Part shown: piece after piece, positions 45,212-53,623 of the stretch
Layout: each line of letters begins with the position of its first letter
Position numbering within the stretch: the first letter of the stretch is position 1
Assembly (NCBI GenBank): GCA_021827495.1
Contig: JAKAVN010000004.1
Coordinates: 1 to 53,623 of the forward strand
Length of the DNA stretch: 53,623 bases
Source: Deltaproteobacteria bacterium
GTDB lineage: Bacteria; Desulfobacterota; Binatia; Binatales; Binataceae
Reading direction: 5' to 3'
Made by a program: the position numbers and the translations under genes
Notes under the pieces: generated by a model
Told to the model about the DNA's origin: nothing
What the model saw: the letters and a program-made list of their open reading frames with translations, nothing else
Databases searched by the model: none

Positions 45212-46828
45212 ATGGCAGAGCAGCGCAAGCGCAAGTTCTGGGGATGGGGCTACGAAGATCAGCAGCCGAACGCGGAGCAGCAGAAGCATATCGCCGAGCG
45301 GATGGCCAAGCGCTTCGGGCTGGCTCCGCTCACGATCACGCCGCCGCCGCGCGAGGATGAACTGAACTTGCGCACGCCGCGGGTAAAGCCGCCCGCCGCG
45401 CTGGCCTCGATCTTTTCGCTCAGCGCGTACGACCGCGCCTTCCACAGCTACGGACGCGGCTATCGCGACTTGGTGCGCGCGTTTCGCCGCTACTATCCCA
45501 ATCCGTTCGACGCCGTCGCCTTTCCGCGTGACGAGGCCGAGCTTACCCGCGTGCTGGAATGGTGCGACAAGGAGCGGATCGCGGCAACGCCTTTCGGCGG
45601 CGGCTCGAGCGTGATGGGCGGCGTCGAGCCGCCCGCGGGCGGAGATTGGCGCGGCGCGGTATCGATCGACCTGACCCGGCTCGGCCGCGTGCTCGAGGTC
45701 GATCGCGTCGCGCGCGCGGCGCGCATTCAGGGCGGCGTGCTGGGCCCCGCGCTCGAGGATCAGTTGCGTCCGCACGGCTATACGCTGCGCCACTTTCCGC
45801 AGTCCTTTGAATTTTCCACGCTCGGCGGATGGATCGCGACCCGCTCGGGCGGCCATTTCGCAACGCTCTACACCCATATCGACGATTTCGTGGAGTCGCT
45901 GCGCGTGGTCACGCCGACCGGCGTGGTCGAGTCGCGCCGCCTGCCCGGCTCGGGCGCCGGGCCGAGTCCTGACCGCATGTTTATCGGCTCGGAGGGAATC
46001 CTGGGGATCATCACCGAGGCCTGGATGCGCCTGCAGGACCGGCCCAAGTTTCGCGCCGGCGCGTCGGTTTCGTTCCCCGATTTTGTATCCGGGGCCAACG
46101 CGGTGCGCGCGGTCGCGCAAGCGGGGCTCTATCCCGCCAATTGCCGCCTGCTCGATCCCGGCGAGGCGGCCAACGCCGGCGCCAACCAGGGCGAGGCCGC
46201 CGTGCTGGTGCTGGCCTTCGAGTCGGCCGACCATGAGCTGGAGCCGTGGATGAAGCGCGCGCTGGAAATCTGCGCCGGCCTCGGCGGCAAGATTCCCGAA
46301 GGCGCGGGCCGCACCCGCACCGACGCCGAGGCGACGCACGAGGGCGCCGCCGGCGCCTGGCGCGAGGCCTTTCTGAAGGCGCCGTACCTGCGCGACTCGC
46401 TGGTCGCGATGGGAATCGTGAGCGACACTTTCGAGACCGCCATCACCTGGGACCGCTTTCCCAACTATCACGCGCAATTGATGGAGACCGGGACCGACGC
46501 GATCCGCCGCATCTGCGGCAAGGGCACGATGACCTGCCGTTTCACCCACGCCTATCCCGACGGGCCGGCGCCGTATTACACGATCCTGGCGCCGGGCAAG
46601 CGCGGCTCCGAACTGGAGCAGTGGGACGAAATCAAGGCGGCGGTATCGGAAGTGGTCGTGCGGCTCGGCGGCACGATCACCCATCATCACTCGGTCGGCC
46701 GCGACCATCGCCCCTGGTACGATCGCCAGCGGCCCGAGGGTTTTGCGCGGGCGCTGCGGGCGGCCAAGCGCGCGCTCGACCCGCACGCGATTCTGAATCC
46801 GGGCGTGCTGATTGATCCGGAACGGTAG
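45212..46828 (+). CDS. FAD-binding oxidoreductase, alkyl-DHAP-synthase-like (VAO/PCMH family)
   Basis: TPFGGGSSVMGG, RHFPQSFEFSTLGGWIATRSGG, GSEGILGIITE, RFTHAYPDG and THHHSVGRDH. SD ggagg. Confidence 0.88.
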   Translation: MAEQRKRKFWGWGYEDQQPNAEQQKHIAERMAKRFGLAPLTITPPPREDELNLRTPRVKPPAALASIFSLSAYDRAFHSYGRGYRDLVRAFRRYYPNPFDAVAFPRDEAELTRVLEWCDKERIAATPFGGGSSVMGGVEPPAGGDWRGAVSIDLTRLGRVLEVDRVARAARIQGGVLGPALEDQLRPHGYTLRHFPQSFEFSTLGGWIATRSGGHFATLYTHIDDFVESLRVVTPTGVVESRRLPGSGAGPSPDRMFIGSEGILGIITEAWMRLQDRPKFRAGASVSFPDFVSGANAVRAVAQAGLYPANCRLLDPGEAANAGANQGEAAVLVLAFESADHELEPWMKRALEICAGLGGKIPEGAGRTRTDAEATHEGAAGAWREAFLKAPYLRDSLVAMGIVSDTFETAITWDRFPNYHAQLMETGTDAIRRICGKGTMTCRFTHAYPDGPAPYYTILAPGKRGSELEQWDEIKAAVSEVVVRLGGTITHHHSVGRDHRPWYDRQRPEGFARALRAAKRALDPHAILNPGVLIDPER

Positions 46829-46889
46829 CGGCCGAGGCCTGGACGGCAAGGCGCGTTGGCGTGAATGCCAACACGGCCGGCCCCAGCGC

Positions 46890-47195
46890 TCAGTGGTCGT
46901 CGAGGCCGAGCGTCTTGCGCGCCACCGGACTCATCATGTGCGGCGTCCACGGCGGATCCCACACCAGCTCGACGTTGGCCTCTTCGCAGCCGGGGATGCC
47001 GAGCAGCTTGTCCTGGATTTCGCTCGTGATCATCGCGCCCATCGAGCATCCCGGCGCCGTCAGCGTCATCTCGACCGTGATCACGGCGCCTTCAACAGCG
47101 ACGCGGTAGACCAGTCCAAGGTCGACGATGTTGACCGGAATTTCGGGATCGTAGCACTCACGCAGGACTTCGTAGATTTCCTCTTCGCTGTACAT
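46890..47195 (-). CDS. Metal-sulfur cluster assembly factor (SufT/PaaD, DUF59), second copy
   Basis: LRECYDPEIPVNIVDLGLVY...MTLTAPGCSMG...ELVWDPPWTPHMMS. Start ATG 47195. Confidence 0.92.
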   Translation of the reverse strand: MYSEEEIYEVLRECYDPEIPVNIVDLGLVYRVAVEGAVITVEMTLTAPGCSMGAMITSEIQDKLLGIPGCEEANVELVWDPPWTPHMMSPVARKTLGLDDH

Positions 47196-47336
47196 CGCTC
47201 GGACCCCGCTCGCCGCGGCCTGCCGCGCGCGATCCCACGGATACAGGACGCTAATATCTGTAGTATATAGGAGCGATGCGGACGGCAAGAACGGTTTGCC
47301 GCACCCGCGCGCCGCAATCAAGCAGGGAGGTTCAGG

Positions 47337-47684
47337 ATGCCCGATAAGGAGGAACTTTACGATGCCGCGATCGACCTTTATGCCGACGGCAAGTACGATG
47401 AGGCGATCGAAGTTTACGAAAGCGCACTCGAGCAGGACCCGCGCTACGCCGATGCCCTGCATGGGATAGTGATGTGCTACCAGGCCAAGGGCGACCTTGA
47501 CACGGCGATCGCGCTGACCAGAAAATACCTCGCGCAGGAGCCCGAGGACATCTTGGCGTTCACCAACCTGAGCATGTTCTACCAGAAGAAGGGGATGATA
47601 AAGGAAGCCGAGGAGGCTGGTGTTGAAGCACGGCGGCTGGGCTGGAAGCGCCAACTCAAGGAAGGCGCGGCGGGCAAGAAGTAG
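47337..47684 (+). CDS. Small tetratricopeptide repeat protein
   Basis: SD ggagg; TPR pattern YDEAIEVYESALEQDPRYADALHGI...AFTNLSMFYQKKG. Confidence 0.85.
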   Translation: MPDKEELYDAAIDLYADGKYDEAIEVYESALEQDPRYADALHGIVMCYQAKGDLDTAIALTRKYLAQEPEDILAFTNLSMFYQKKGMIKEAEEAGVEARRLGWKRQLKEGAAGKK

Positions 47685-47757
47685 CGCGGCGATACGGCGG
47701 CGGCGCGCGGCCGTGCGGCGGTCACGCGCGTGGCGATCTTAGCAGTGAGGGGCGGCG

Positions 47758-48516
47758 ATGAAACTCAAAGACAAGACGGTGCTGATAACCGGGTCGGGCT
47801 CGGGACTGGGGCGCGAGATGGCGCTCGTGTTCACGCGCGAGGGCGCGAAAATTGGCGTCAACGACGTGCGTCCCGAGGCGGCGCAGAACGTGGTGACCGA
47901 GATCGAGCGGGCAGGAGGGCGCGCGGTGCGGCTGGTCGCCGACGTCTCCGACAGCGCGGCGGTCAGGAAAATGTTCGCCGATTTCACCGCCGCCTTCGGC
48001 GCCATCGACGTCCTCGTCAACAACGCCGGAATCGGCCGCGTGCGCCCGGGCAGCGAGGCGACGGCCACCGTCGACAAGACCGACGAGGAGTGGCACAAGA
48101 TGCTCGCCACCCATCTCGACGCGACCTTTTACTGCACGCGTGAGGCGCTCAAGCTGATGATTCCGAAACAATCCGGACGGATCATCAACCTGGGCTCGAT
48201 CGTCGGCCTGACCGGCATCGAGCTGGCCGCCGACTACGGCGCGGCCAAGGGCGGAATAATCTCCTTCACCAAGTGCGTCGCGCGCGAGGTGGTCCGCCAC
48301 GGCATCCTGGTCAACTGTATCGCGCCCGGCTTCATCGAAACGCCGATGACCGCGCCGCTGCCGCCCGAGCTGCGCCGGATGGTGATCGCGAGAACGCCGA
48401 TCGGGCGCTTCGGCGAGCCGCGCGACATCGCCGCCGCGGCGCTGTTCCTGGCCTGCGAGGATTCGTCGTTCATGGTCGGCCAGGTGATGAGCCCCAATGG
48501 CGGCTACGTGATCTGA
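47758..48516 (+). CDS. Short-chain dehydrogenase/reductase (FabG-like)
   Basis: TGSGSGLG, LVNNAGI, YGAAK (YxxxK), NCIAPGFIETPM and PIGRFGEP. Confidence 0.95.
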   Translation: MKLKDKTVLITGSGSGLGREMALVFTREGAKIGVNDVRPEAAQNVVTEIERAGGRAVRLVADVSDSAAVRKMFADFTAAFGAIDVLVNNAGIGRVRPGSEATATVDKTDEEWHKMLATHLDATFYCTREALKLMIPKQSGRIINLGSIVGLTGIELAADYGAAKGGIISFTKCVAREVVRHGILVNCIAPGFIETPMTAPLPPELRRMVIARTPIGRFGEPRDIAAAALFLACEDSSFMVGQVMSPNGGYVI

Positions 48517-48691
48517 AGGCGTTGCGTGCCCGCCGGAGGCGCAACCGGCCCCTCCCGTCGTTGCTGCAAACACGGTGGACCAAAACCGGGCTAAAACCTT
48601 GCCCCGCGAGGCCGGTTAATCTGTACGGCGAGTTCGGATCGGAGAGTAAGACGGAAATCCCGGATCAATCCGGCAAGAGGCCCGAGGAACG

Positions 48692-51600
48692 ATGCCGAAT
48701 TTTTCGTTACGCAATCCGCATCTGATAATCGTCGCGGCGTTGCTGATCGCGATCCTCGGCGTGATGGCGTTCGCGCAGATGCCGGTCGACGTTTTCCCGC
48801 GCCTCTACATAAAAGCGGCCGTGGTGGCGACGTTTTATCCGGGATTTGCGCCGCTCGCGATGGAGCAGGACATCACCAGTCGTTACGAGCGGTTTTTCAC
48901 CCTGGGCAACGGAATTGAACACATCGAGTCGCGCTCGATTCCGGGGGTTAGCGCGATCACCGTGTACTTCCATCCCAGCGTCAACATCGGCGTCGGGGCG
49001 GCCAACCTGGCGACGCTGGCGATGGGTGACCTGGGACTGATGCCGCCGGGGACGCTGCCGCCGCTGGTACTGGAGTACAACGCTTCGTCTTCAATACCGG
49101 TGATCCTCGTCACAGTCTCGGGACCTTACGGCGAAACCGAGTTGCAGAATGAGGGACGCTACAACGTGCGCAATTTCATGGCCACGGTGGAAGGGGCGTC
49201 AGTACCGTATCCGTTCGGCGGCAAGATTCGCCAGATCATGGCTTACGTGGACCGCCAGAAGCTTCAGGCCCAGGGAATCACCTTGGATGACGCCGTAAAC
49301 GCAATCAACGCAACCAACCAGATACTCCCGTCGGGAGACGCGAAGATCGGTCCGTACGACTGGTACATCTATTCGAACGCACAGATTCCATCCCCTGACG
49401 CGCTCAATCACGTGCCGGTCAAGCTCGGTCCGAGCCAGGCTCCCACTTTTTTTGCAGATGTGGGCAAGGCTGAGAACGCAGCGCAAATCCAGTACAACAA
49501 GGTGCTGATCGACGGAAAACCTTCCGTGTATATCCCCATCTTCAAGCAAACCGGGGCCAACACCCTGGAGGTCATCAACGGGGTCAAGCGTGCGGTAAGC
49601 AAGGTCACAGGATTGCCGGCAAACATGAAGGTGGCAACCCTGTTCAGCCAGGAGGGAACCATCCTGGACGCAGTCCACGCGCTGGAGCATGAGGCAGCGT
49701 CAGGAGCATTGCTGGCGTCGCTGATGATCCTCATTTTTCTCGGGAGCTTCCGCTCCACCTTCGCCATTTTTCTGTCGATACCGCTGTCGATTCTGGTGGG
49801 CGTGGTTGGCCTATCGCTGTCCGACCAGACCATCAATCTCATGACGCTCGGAGGTTTCACGCTCGCCATTGGCCGTCTGATCGATGACTCCACCGTGGTG
49901 CTGGAGAACATCAATCGTCATCTCGCGACGGGCAAAGCGCCCCAGCAGGCGGCAGCCGAAGGGGCCGAAGAAGTGACCTACGCGGTGCTTGCCTCGACCA
50001 TCAGCACCATTGTGGTCTTCCTGCCGGTGGTCTTCCTCTACGGTGTGAGTAAGGAACTTTTCAGCGCCTTAGCGCTGGCGGTGTTCTTTTCGATGGTGGC
50101 TTCCTATGTGGTTTCAATGTCGATTATTCCGATCTACTGCGCGCGCTTACTCAATCCCGAAGAGGCGCGGCAAGCTGCGCAGCGCGAAGCCACAGGCGTC
50201 GACGATCGACGCGGGCCATTAGCGGCCTTTGACCGGGCCTATGACCGGTTCGCCAAGCGCTTTGCGCAGTTGCTAGACCAGACCATGGACCACAAACTGG
50301 TGGCGATCGGCGGGGCGCTGGCTCTATTTGTTGCTTCGATGTTCATATTCCCACTGCTGGGGACCAGAATGTTCCCCGAAACCGACGCCGGCAAGTTCGT
50401 GATCAATATCACGACGCCGGTCGGCACCCGGCTGGAACTCACCTCAGCGGCGGCGAGCCGAATCAACGCCGTCATCCATCGCATCATTCCCCCGCATGAT
50501 CTGGAGAACGTGATCGCCAATCTGGGCGTGGTGCCTAATATTTCGGCGCTTTACACCCCCAATTCCGGCGAGGACACCGGACAGATAATGGTGGCGCTGC
50601 GTAGCGGCCATCAGCGTTCCACCGCATACTACGAGCAGGCTGTACGTGTAGCGCTCGCCCGCGAACTGCCGCAAGTACAGACGTTCTTCAGTTCCGGGAG
50701 CATCATCGATGCGGTGCTCGACTTCGGGGCCCTGGCGCCTATTGATGTACAGATTAGTGCGCCAATGAGCGAGGACTTCGCGCCGATGTTCGGGCTCGCA
50801 CACCGAATCGAAGAGCGCCTTAGACCGCTGCCCGAGGTCGGCCAAATGATGATCAAGCAGGTGGCCGACTACCCCACTTTGAACATCAACGTGGACCGGA
50901 CCAAGGCGGCGCGTCTGGGAATAACGGAACGCTCCGTGATCACCAACTTGATCACCGCGATAAACAGCAATGACATGATTGAGCCGTCCATTTGGATCGA
51001 CCCGCGCAACGGCGACGATTACTACCTGAGCGCGCAGTATTTCGAGAAGAACATTGATTCGTTCCACAGCGTCCTGGATGTCCCAATCGGCACTCGGCTC
51101 GGTACGAATTATCACGACTATAACTATAGTAGCGCGCGGCCGCGAGCGGACACCGCGTCAGGGCATGAGCAATCGATCCTCCTCGGAGATGTGGCCAACG
51201 TGCGGCAGATGCGTTATCCCTCTGAGGCCGATCACTACAACATCCAGCGCGTGGTGGACGTCCTGATCTCGCCCCGGACCAGCGATCTGGGAGGCACCTT
51301 GAATGCCGTGCAGCGGGCGCTTGGGGGCCTGCGGCCGCCCCACAATGTCAAGGTGTATTTCCGCGGTTCGGTCGTCAACATGCAGAAAACCTTCAAGAGC
51401 ATGGAGAGCGGGTTTTTGCTGGCGGTGCTCGTGGTGTATCTGATTGGCGTAGCTCAGAGCCGCTCATGGCTGGATCCTTTTATTTTTCTGTTTTCGGTTC
51501 CGATGGGAATGATCGGGGTGGCTTGGATGCTCTGGGCCACCAACACCACCATCAATATCGAGTCCATGATGGGCGTAGTCGTGATGATTGGGATCGTGGT

Positions 51601-51922
51601 GTCCAACGCGATCCTGCTGATCGACTTCGCCAACCAGCGGCGCCTCGCGGGCCATAGCCTGCGCCAGGCCGCGGTCGAAGCGGCGCGGATTCGGATGCGG
51701 CCAATTCTGATGACGTCGTTGGCCACGATCGCGGGTCTAGCGCCGCTGGCGATGAAGCTGGAGGCCGGCTCGGCAGCTTCTGCGCCGTTGGCTCGCTCGG
51801 TGATCGGCGGACTCACGGTCTCGCTCGTGATGACGCTTTTCCTGGTCCCGAGCCTGTGGGAACTTTTCTACTCATTCAAACAAAGGCCGGCAGCGCCACA
51901 GCAAGGTGCGGGATTGCAATGA
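48692..51922 (+). CDS. RND efflux transporter permease subunit (AcrB/CzcA superfamily)
   Basis: 1076 aa with a two-repeat 12-TM topology; MPVDVFP; GRLIDDSTVVLENI; RMRPILMTSLATIAGLAP. Confidence 0.95.
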   Translation: MPNFSLRNPHLIIVAALLIAILGVMAFAQMPVDVFPRLYIKAAVVATFYPGFAPLAMEQDITSRYERFFTLGNGIEHIESRSIPGVSAITVYFHPSVNIGVGAANLATLAMGDLGLMPPGTLPPLVLEYNASSSIPVILVTVSGPYGETELQNEGRYNVRNFMATVEGASVPYPFGGKIRQIMAYVDRQKLQAQGITLDDAVNAINATNQILPSGDAKIGPYDWYIYSNAQIPSPDALNHVPVKLGPSQAPTFFADVGKAENAAQIQYNKVLIDGKPSVYIPIFKQTGANTLEVINGVKRAVSKVTGLPANMKVATLFSQEGTILDAVHALEHEAASGALLASLMILIFLGSFRSTFAIFLSIPLSILVGVVGLSLSDQTINLMTLGGFTLAIGRLIDDSTVVLENINRHLATGKAPQQAAAEGAEEVTYAVLASTISTIVVFLPVVFLYGVSKELFSALALAVFFSMVASYVVSMSIIPIYCARLLNPEEARQAAQREATGVDDRRGPLAAFDRAYDRFAKRFAQLLDQTMDHKLVAIGGALALFVASMFIFPLLGTRMFPETDAGKFVINITTPVGTRLELTSAAASRINAVIHRIIPPHDLENVIANLGVVPNISALYTPNSGEDTGQIMVALRSGHQRSTAYYEQAVRVALARELPQVQTFFSSGSIIDAVLDFGALAPIDVQISAPMSEDFAPMFGLAHRIEERLRPLPEVGQMMIKQVADYPTLNINVDRTKAARLGITERSVITNLITAINSNDMIEPSIWIDPRNGDDYYLSAQYFEKNIDSFHSVLDVPIGTRLGTNYHDYNYSSARPRADTASGHEQSILLGDVANVRQMRYPSEADHYNIQRVVDVLISPRTSDLGGTLNAVQRALGGLRPPHNVKVYFRGSVVNMQKTFKSMESGFLLAVLVVYLIGVAQSRSWLDPFIFLFSVPMGMIGVAWMLWATNTTINIESMMGVVVMIGIVVSNAILLIDFANQRRLAGHSLRQAAVEAARIRMRPILMTSLATIAGLAPLAMKLEAGSAASAPLARSVIGGLTVSLVMTLFLVPSLWELFYSFKQRPAAPQQGAGLQ

Positions 51923-51952
51923 CAGTGCGGCAAGTTCTGGTGGCATTTACCG

Positions 51953-53134
51953 ATGCTCGCACGGCGAGGTGTGGCAGTGGGCATCGGTAGATTGGCGAAG
52001 TTCGTATTCATTTGCGTCGGCGTGGGCATCCTTGCCGTCTTTGGGTGCGGCCAGCATCGCGGCGCCGCACCGCTACGGGAGCCTGCTATCAGTGTGATAC
52101 ACCCCCAGCGCGGCACAATGGTGCTGAGCATTGTGCATCCAGGCGATCTGGTGGGCTTTTACGAAGCCGCATTGCACGCCAAGGTGACGGGATATTTGAA
52201 GTCGATTTCAGTCGACAAGGGTGATTGGGTCGGGGCCGGGCAGACTTTGGCGATAATCGAAGTGCCTGAACTTCATTCGAATTTGGAGCACGCGCTGGCT
52301 ACACTGGCGATTGACAAGATTACTTACGAGCGCGTGAGACGGGTACAAAAAGCGGACGCCCGGCTGATTTCGCAAGAGGATGTCGACATTGCGTACTCCA
52401 AATACCGGCAGGCTCAGGCTTCCGTTCACACTTTGGAAACGATGGTTGGCTATACGCGTATCGTTGCGCCGTTCGGTGGAATCATCACAGGGCGCTTTGC
52501 TGATCCGGGTGCTTTGGTTCGCGCGGGCGGCGGGGACATCGGCGTAAACGAGAGTTCGGCTTTGATATCGCCGGGCGCGACTGAAGGCGCCGGAGGCCAT
52601 CGCACCGGTGGCGGGCCTCTTTTGACCATCGCCAAAGTGGACAAAATGCGGGTCTACGTTTACGTCCCGGGAAGGTGGTGCCGTTACATCCGACGGGGCA
52701 CTCCCGCCACACTGACGTTCGACGAGGCTCCTGGTCTGGTCGTCACAAGTTCAGTGGCCCGCTACGCCGGGGCGCTTGACCTGACCACCCGCACCATGCT
52801 GACCGAGATCGATATCGATAATTCGGACGGTGCGCTTTACCCGAGAATGTACGCGCGCGTAAAGCTCGTTTTGGTCTCGCATCCCGACGCCCTGCGCCTG
52901 CCAATCAGCGCTGTAAACGAGAAAGGCGCGAAGGCGTCCGTCTTTCTGGTGAAAAACAGCCGATTGGTTAAAGCGCCGGTTCAAACCGGCATCACCGACG
53001 CTAACTACGTCGAAATCACCTCAGGTCTCACAACTGACGATTTGGTTGTCAGCTCCTTCAGCAGCGATTTGAACGAAGGTAGTAAAGTGCGGTATACCAT
53101 TGCGAACGCGCCTTTGACTGAGACGGAACGCTAG
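51953..53134 (+). CDS. RND periplasmic adaptor (membrane fusion protein)
   Basis: AKVTGYLKSISVDKGDWV, IVAPFGGIITGRFADPG, TRTMLTEI, LYPRMYA and VEITSGL motifs. Confidence 0.93.
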   Translation: MLARRGVAVGIGRLAKFVFICVGVGILAVFGCGQHRGAAPLREPAISVIHPQRGTMVLSIVHPGDLVGFYEAALHAKVTGYLKSISVDKGDWVGAGQTLAIIEVPELHSNLEHALATLAIDKITYERVRRVQKADARLISQEDVDIAYSKYRQAQASVHTLETMVGYTRIVAPFGGIITGRFADPGALVRAGGGDIGVNESSALISPGATEGAGGHRTGGGPLLTIAKVDKMRVYVYVPGRWCRYIRRGTPATLTFDEAPGLVVTSSVARYAGALDLTTRTMLTEIDIDNSDGALYPRMYARVKLVLVSHPDALRLPISAVNEKGAKASVFLVKNSRLVKAPVQTGITDANYVEITSGLTTDDLVVSSFSSDLNEGSKVRYTIANAPLTETER

Positions 53135-53623
53135 AAGCAGTCTCATAAATTGCGTCTGAGCAGGATGAGGATACCAGCGAGGTGGACGAAGCCGAGAAAG
53201 TTTTCCGGGTAGCGCTCCCAGCGCACCACCAGGCGGCGGAACTTGTGCAGCCCGGCGAACAGCCGTTCGACTTTCCAGCGCCGCCGGTAGCGCCGCAACT
53301 GGCGCCCGTCCCGGGTCGGTTGGCGGCGGTGGGGCGCGATGAGCTCGATGCCCGCTGCCAGCAGTTCCCGGTCCAGCCCATCGCTGTCATAAGCCTTGTC
53401 GCCGATCAGCCGTCGCGGCGGCTCCGCCACGAACCGCTCCTTAAGCGTCGCCGCCACCAGCCTCACCTCGGCGGGCGTGGCACCGTCCGTGTGCGTGGCG
53501 AGCGGAAGACCATTGCGGTCCGCCACGGCCATAAGCTTGGGCCCCTTGCCCCGCTTGGTTTGGCCGATTCCCGCGCCCCCCTTTTTGCGGGAGCGAAGGC
53601 CCCGTCGATGAAGCCCTCGCGCA
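53135..53623 (-). mobile_element. IS5-family insertion sequence (partial; runs off the window end)
   Basis: Transposase ORF; terminal sequence aagcagtctcataa directly abutting CTAG (53131-53134). Confidence 0.88.
53143..53623 (-). CDS. IS5-family DDE transposase, orfA/orfB frameshifted, partial
   Basis: orfA tail EGFIDGAFAPAK, then a -1 shift at A5G6 into GGAGIGQTKRGKGPKLMAVADRNGLP...LIGDKAYDSD...RWKVERLFAGLHKFRRLVVRWER. Confidence 0.9.
   Translation of the reverse strand, partial: ARGLHRRGLRSRKKGGAGIGQTKRGKGPKLMAVADRNGLPLATHTDGATPAEVRLVAATLKERFVAEPPRRLIGDKAYDSDGLDRELLAAGIELIAPHRRQPTRDGRQLRRYRRRWKVERLFAGLHKFRRLVVRWERYPENFLGFVHLAGILILLRRNL

Overview
High-GC bacterial chromosome segment. The gene content, rich in lipid and acyl-CoA enzymes, is reminiscent of Candidatus Binatota or deltaproteobacteria-like soil bacteria; this is unverified inference. 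Layout, left to right: (1) 1-4.8 kb: 2-oxoacid dehydrogenase E2, M20 peptidase, FIST protein and acyl-CoA dehydrogenase. (2) 5.1-11.1 kb: a sigma54-promoter-driven ExeA-like AAA ATPase with C-terminal LysM, converging on an operon of Thr-rich lipoprotein, sigma54 enhancer-binding response regulator, histidine kinase and Pro-rich lipoprotein. (3) 11.2-15.5 kb: a small HTH-bearing element remnant at the 5' end of tRNA-Ser(TGA); an NsrR-type regulator with a matching operator, divergent from a hemerythrin-DUF2249/SufT/cupin operon; and a glycogen-debranching-enzyme remnant. (4) 16.7-41.4 kb: a ~24 kb Wzx/Wzy-type polysaccharide operon. It is headed by a sigma54 promoter, an RfaH-like antiterminator and a perfect ops element, and encodes Wza, Wzc, an O-antigen-ligase-TPR protein, a GDP-mannose 3,5-epimerase-like enzyme, a priming transferase, a GT-C-like protein, Wzx, Wzy, five glycosyltransferases and four methyltransferases. 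(5) 41.5-48.5 kb: an amber-interrupted lipoprotein, enoyl-CoA hydratase, haloalkane dehalogenase, an alkyl-DHAP-synthase-like oxidoreductase, a second SufT, a TPR protein and an SDR. (6) 48.7-53.6 kb: RND permease and membrane fusion protein, interrupted by an IS5-family element at a CTAG. The best candidate for an undescribed system is a layered regulatory circuit: lipoprotein-flanked two-component system -> sigma54 -> RfaH/ops -> polysaccharide export, possibly with protein O-glycosylation, plus a co-regulated ExeA-LysM ATPase. It resembles PEP-CTERM/EPS loci, but no exosortase is present in the window. All annotations come from motif reading by eye; no database searches were run.
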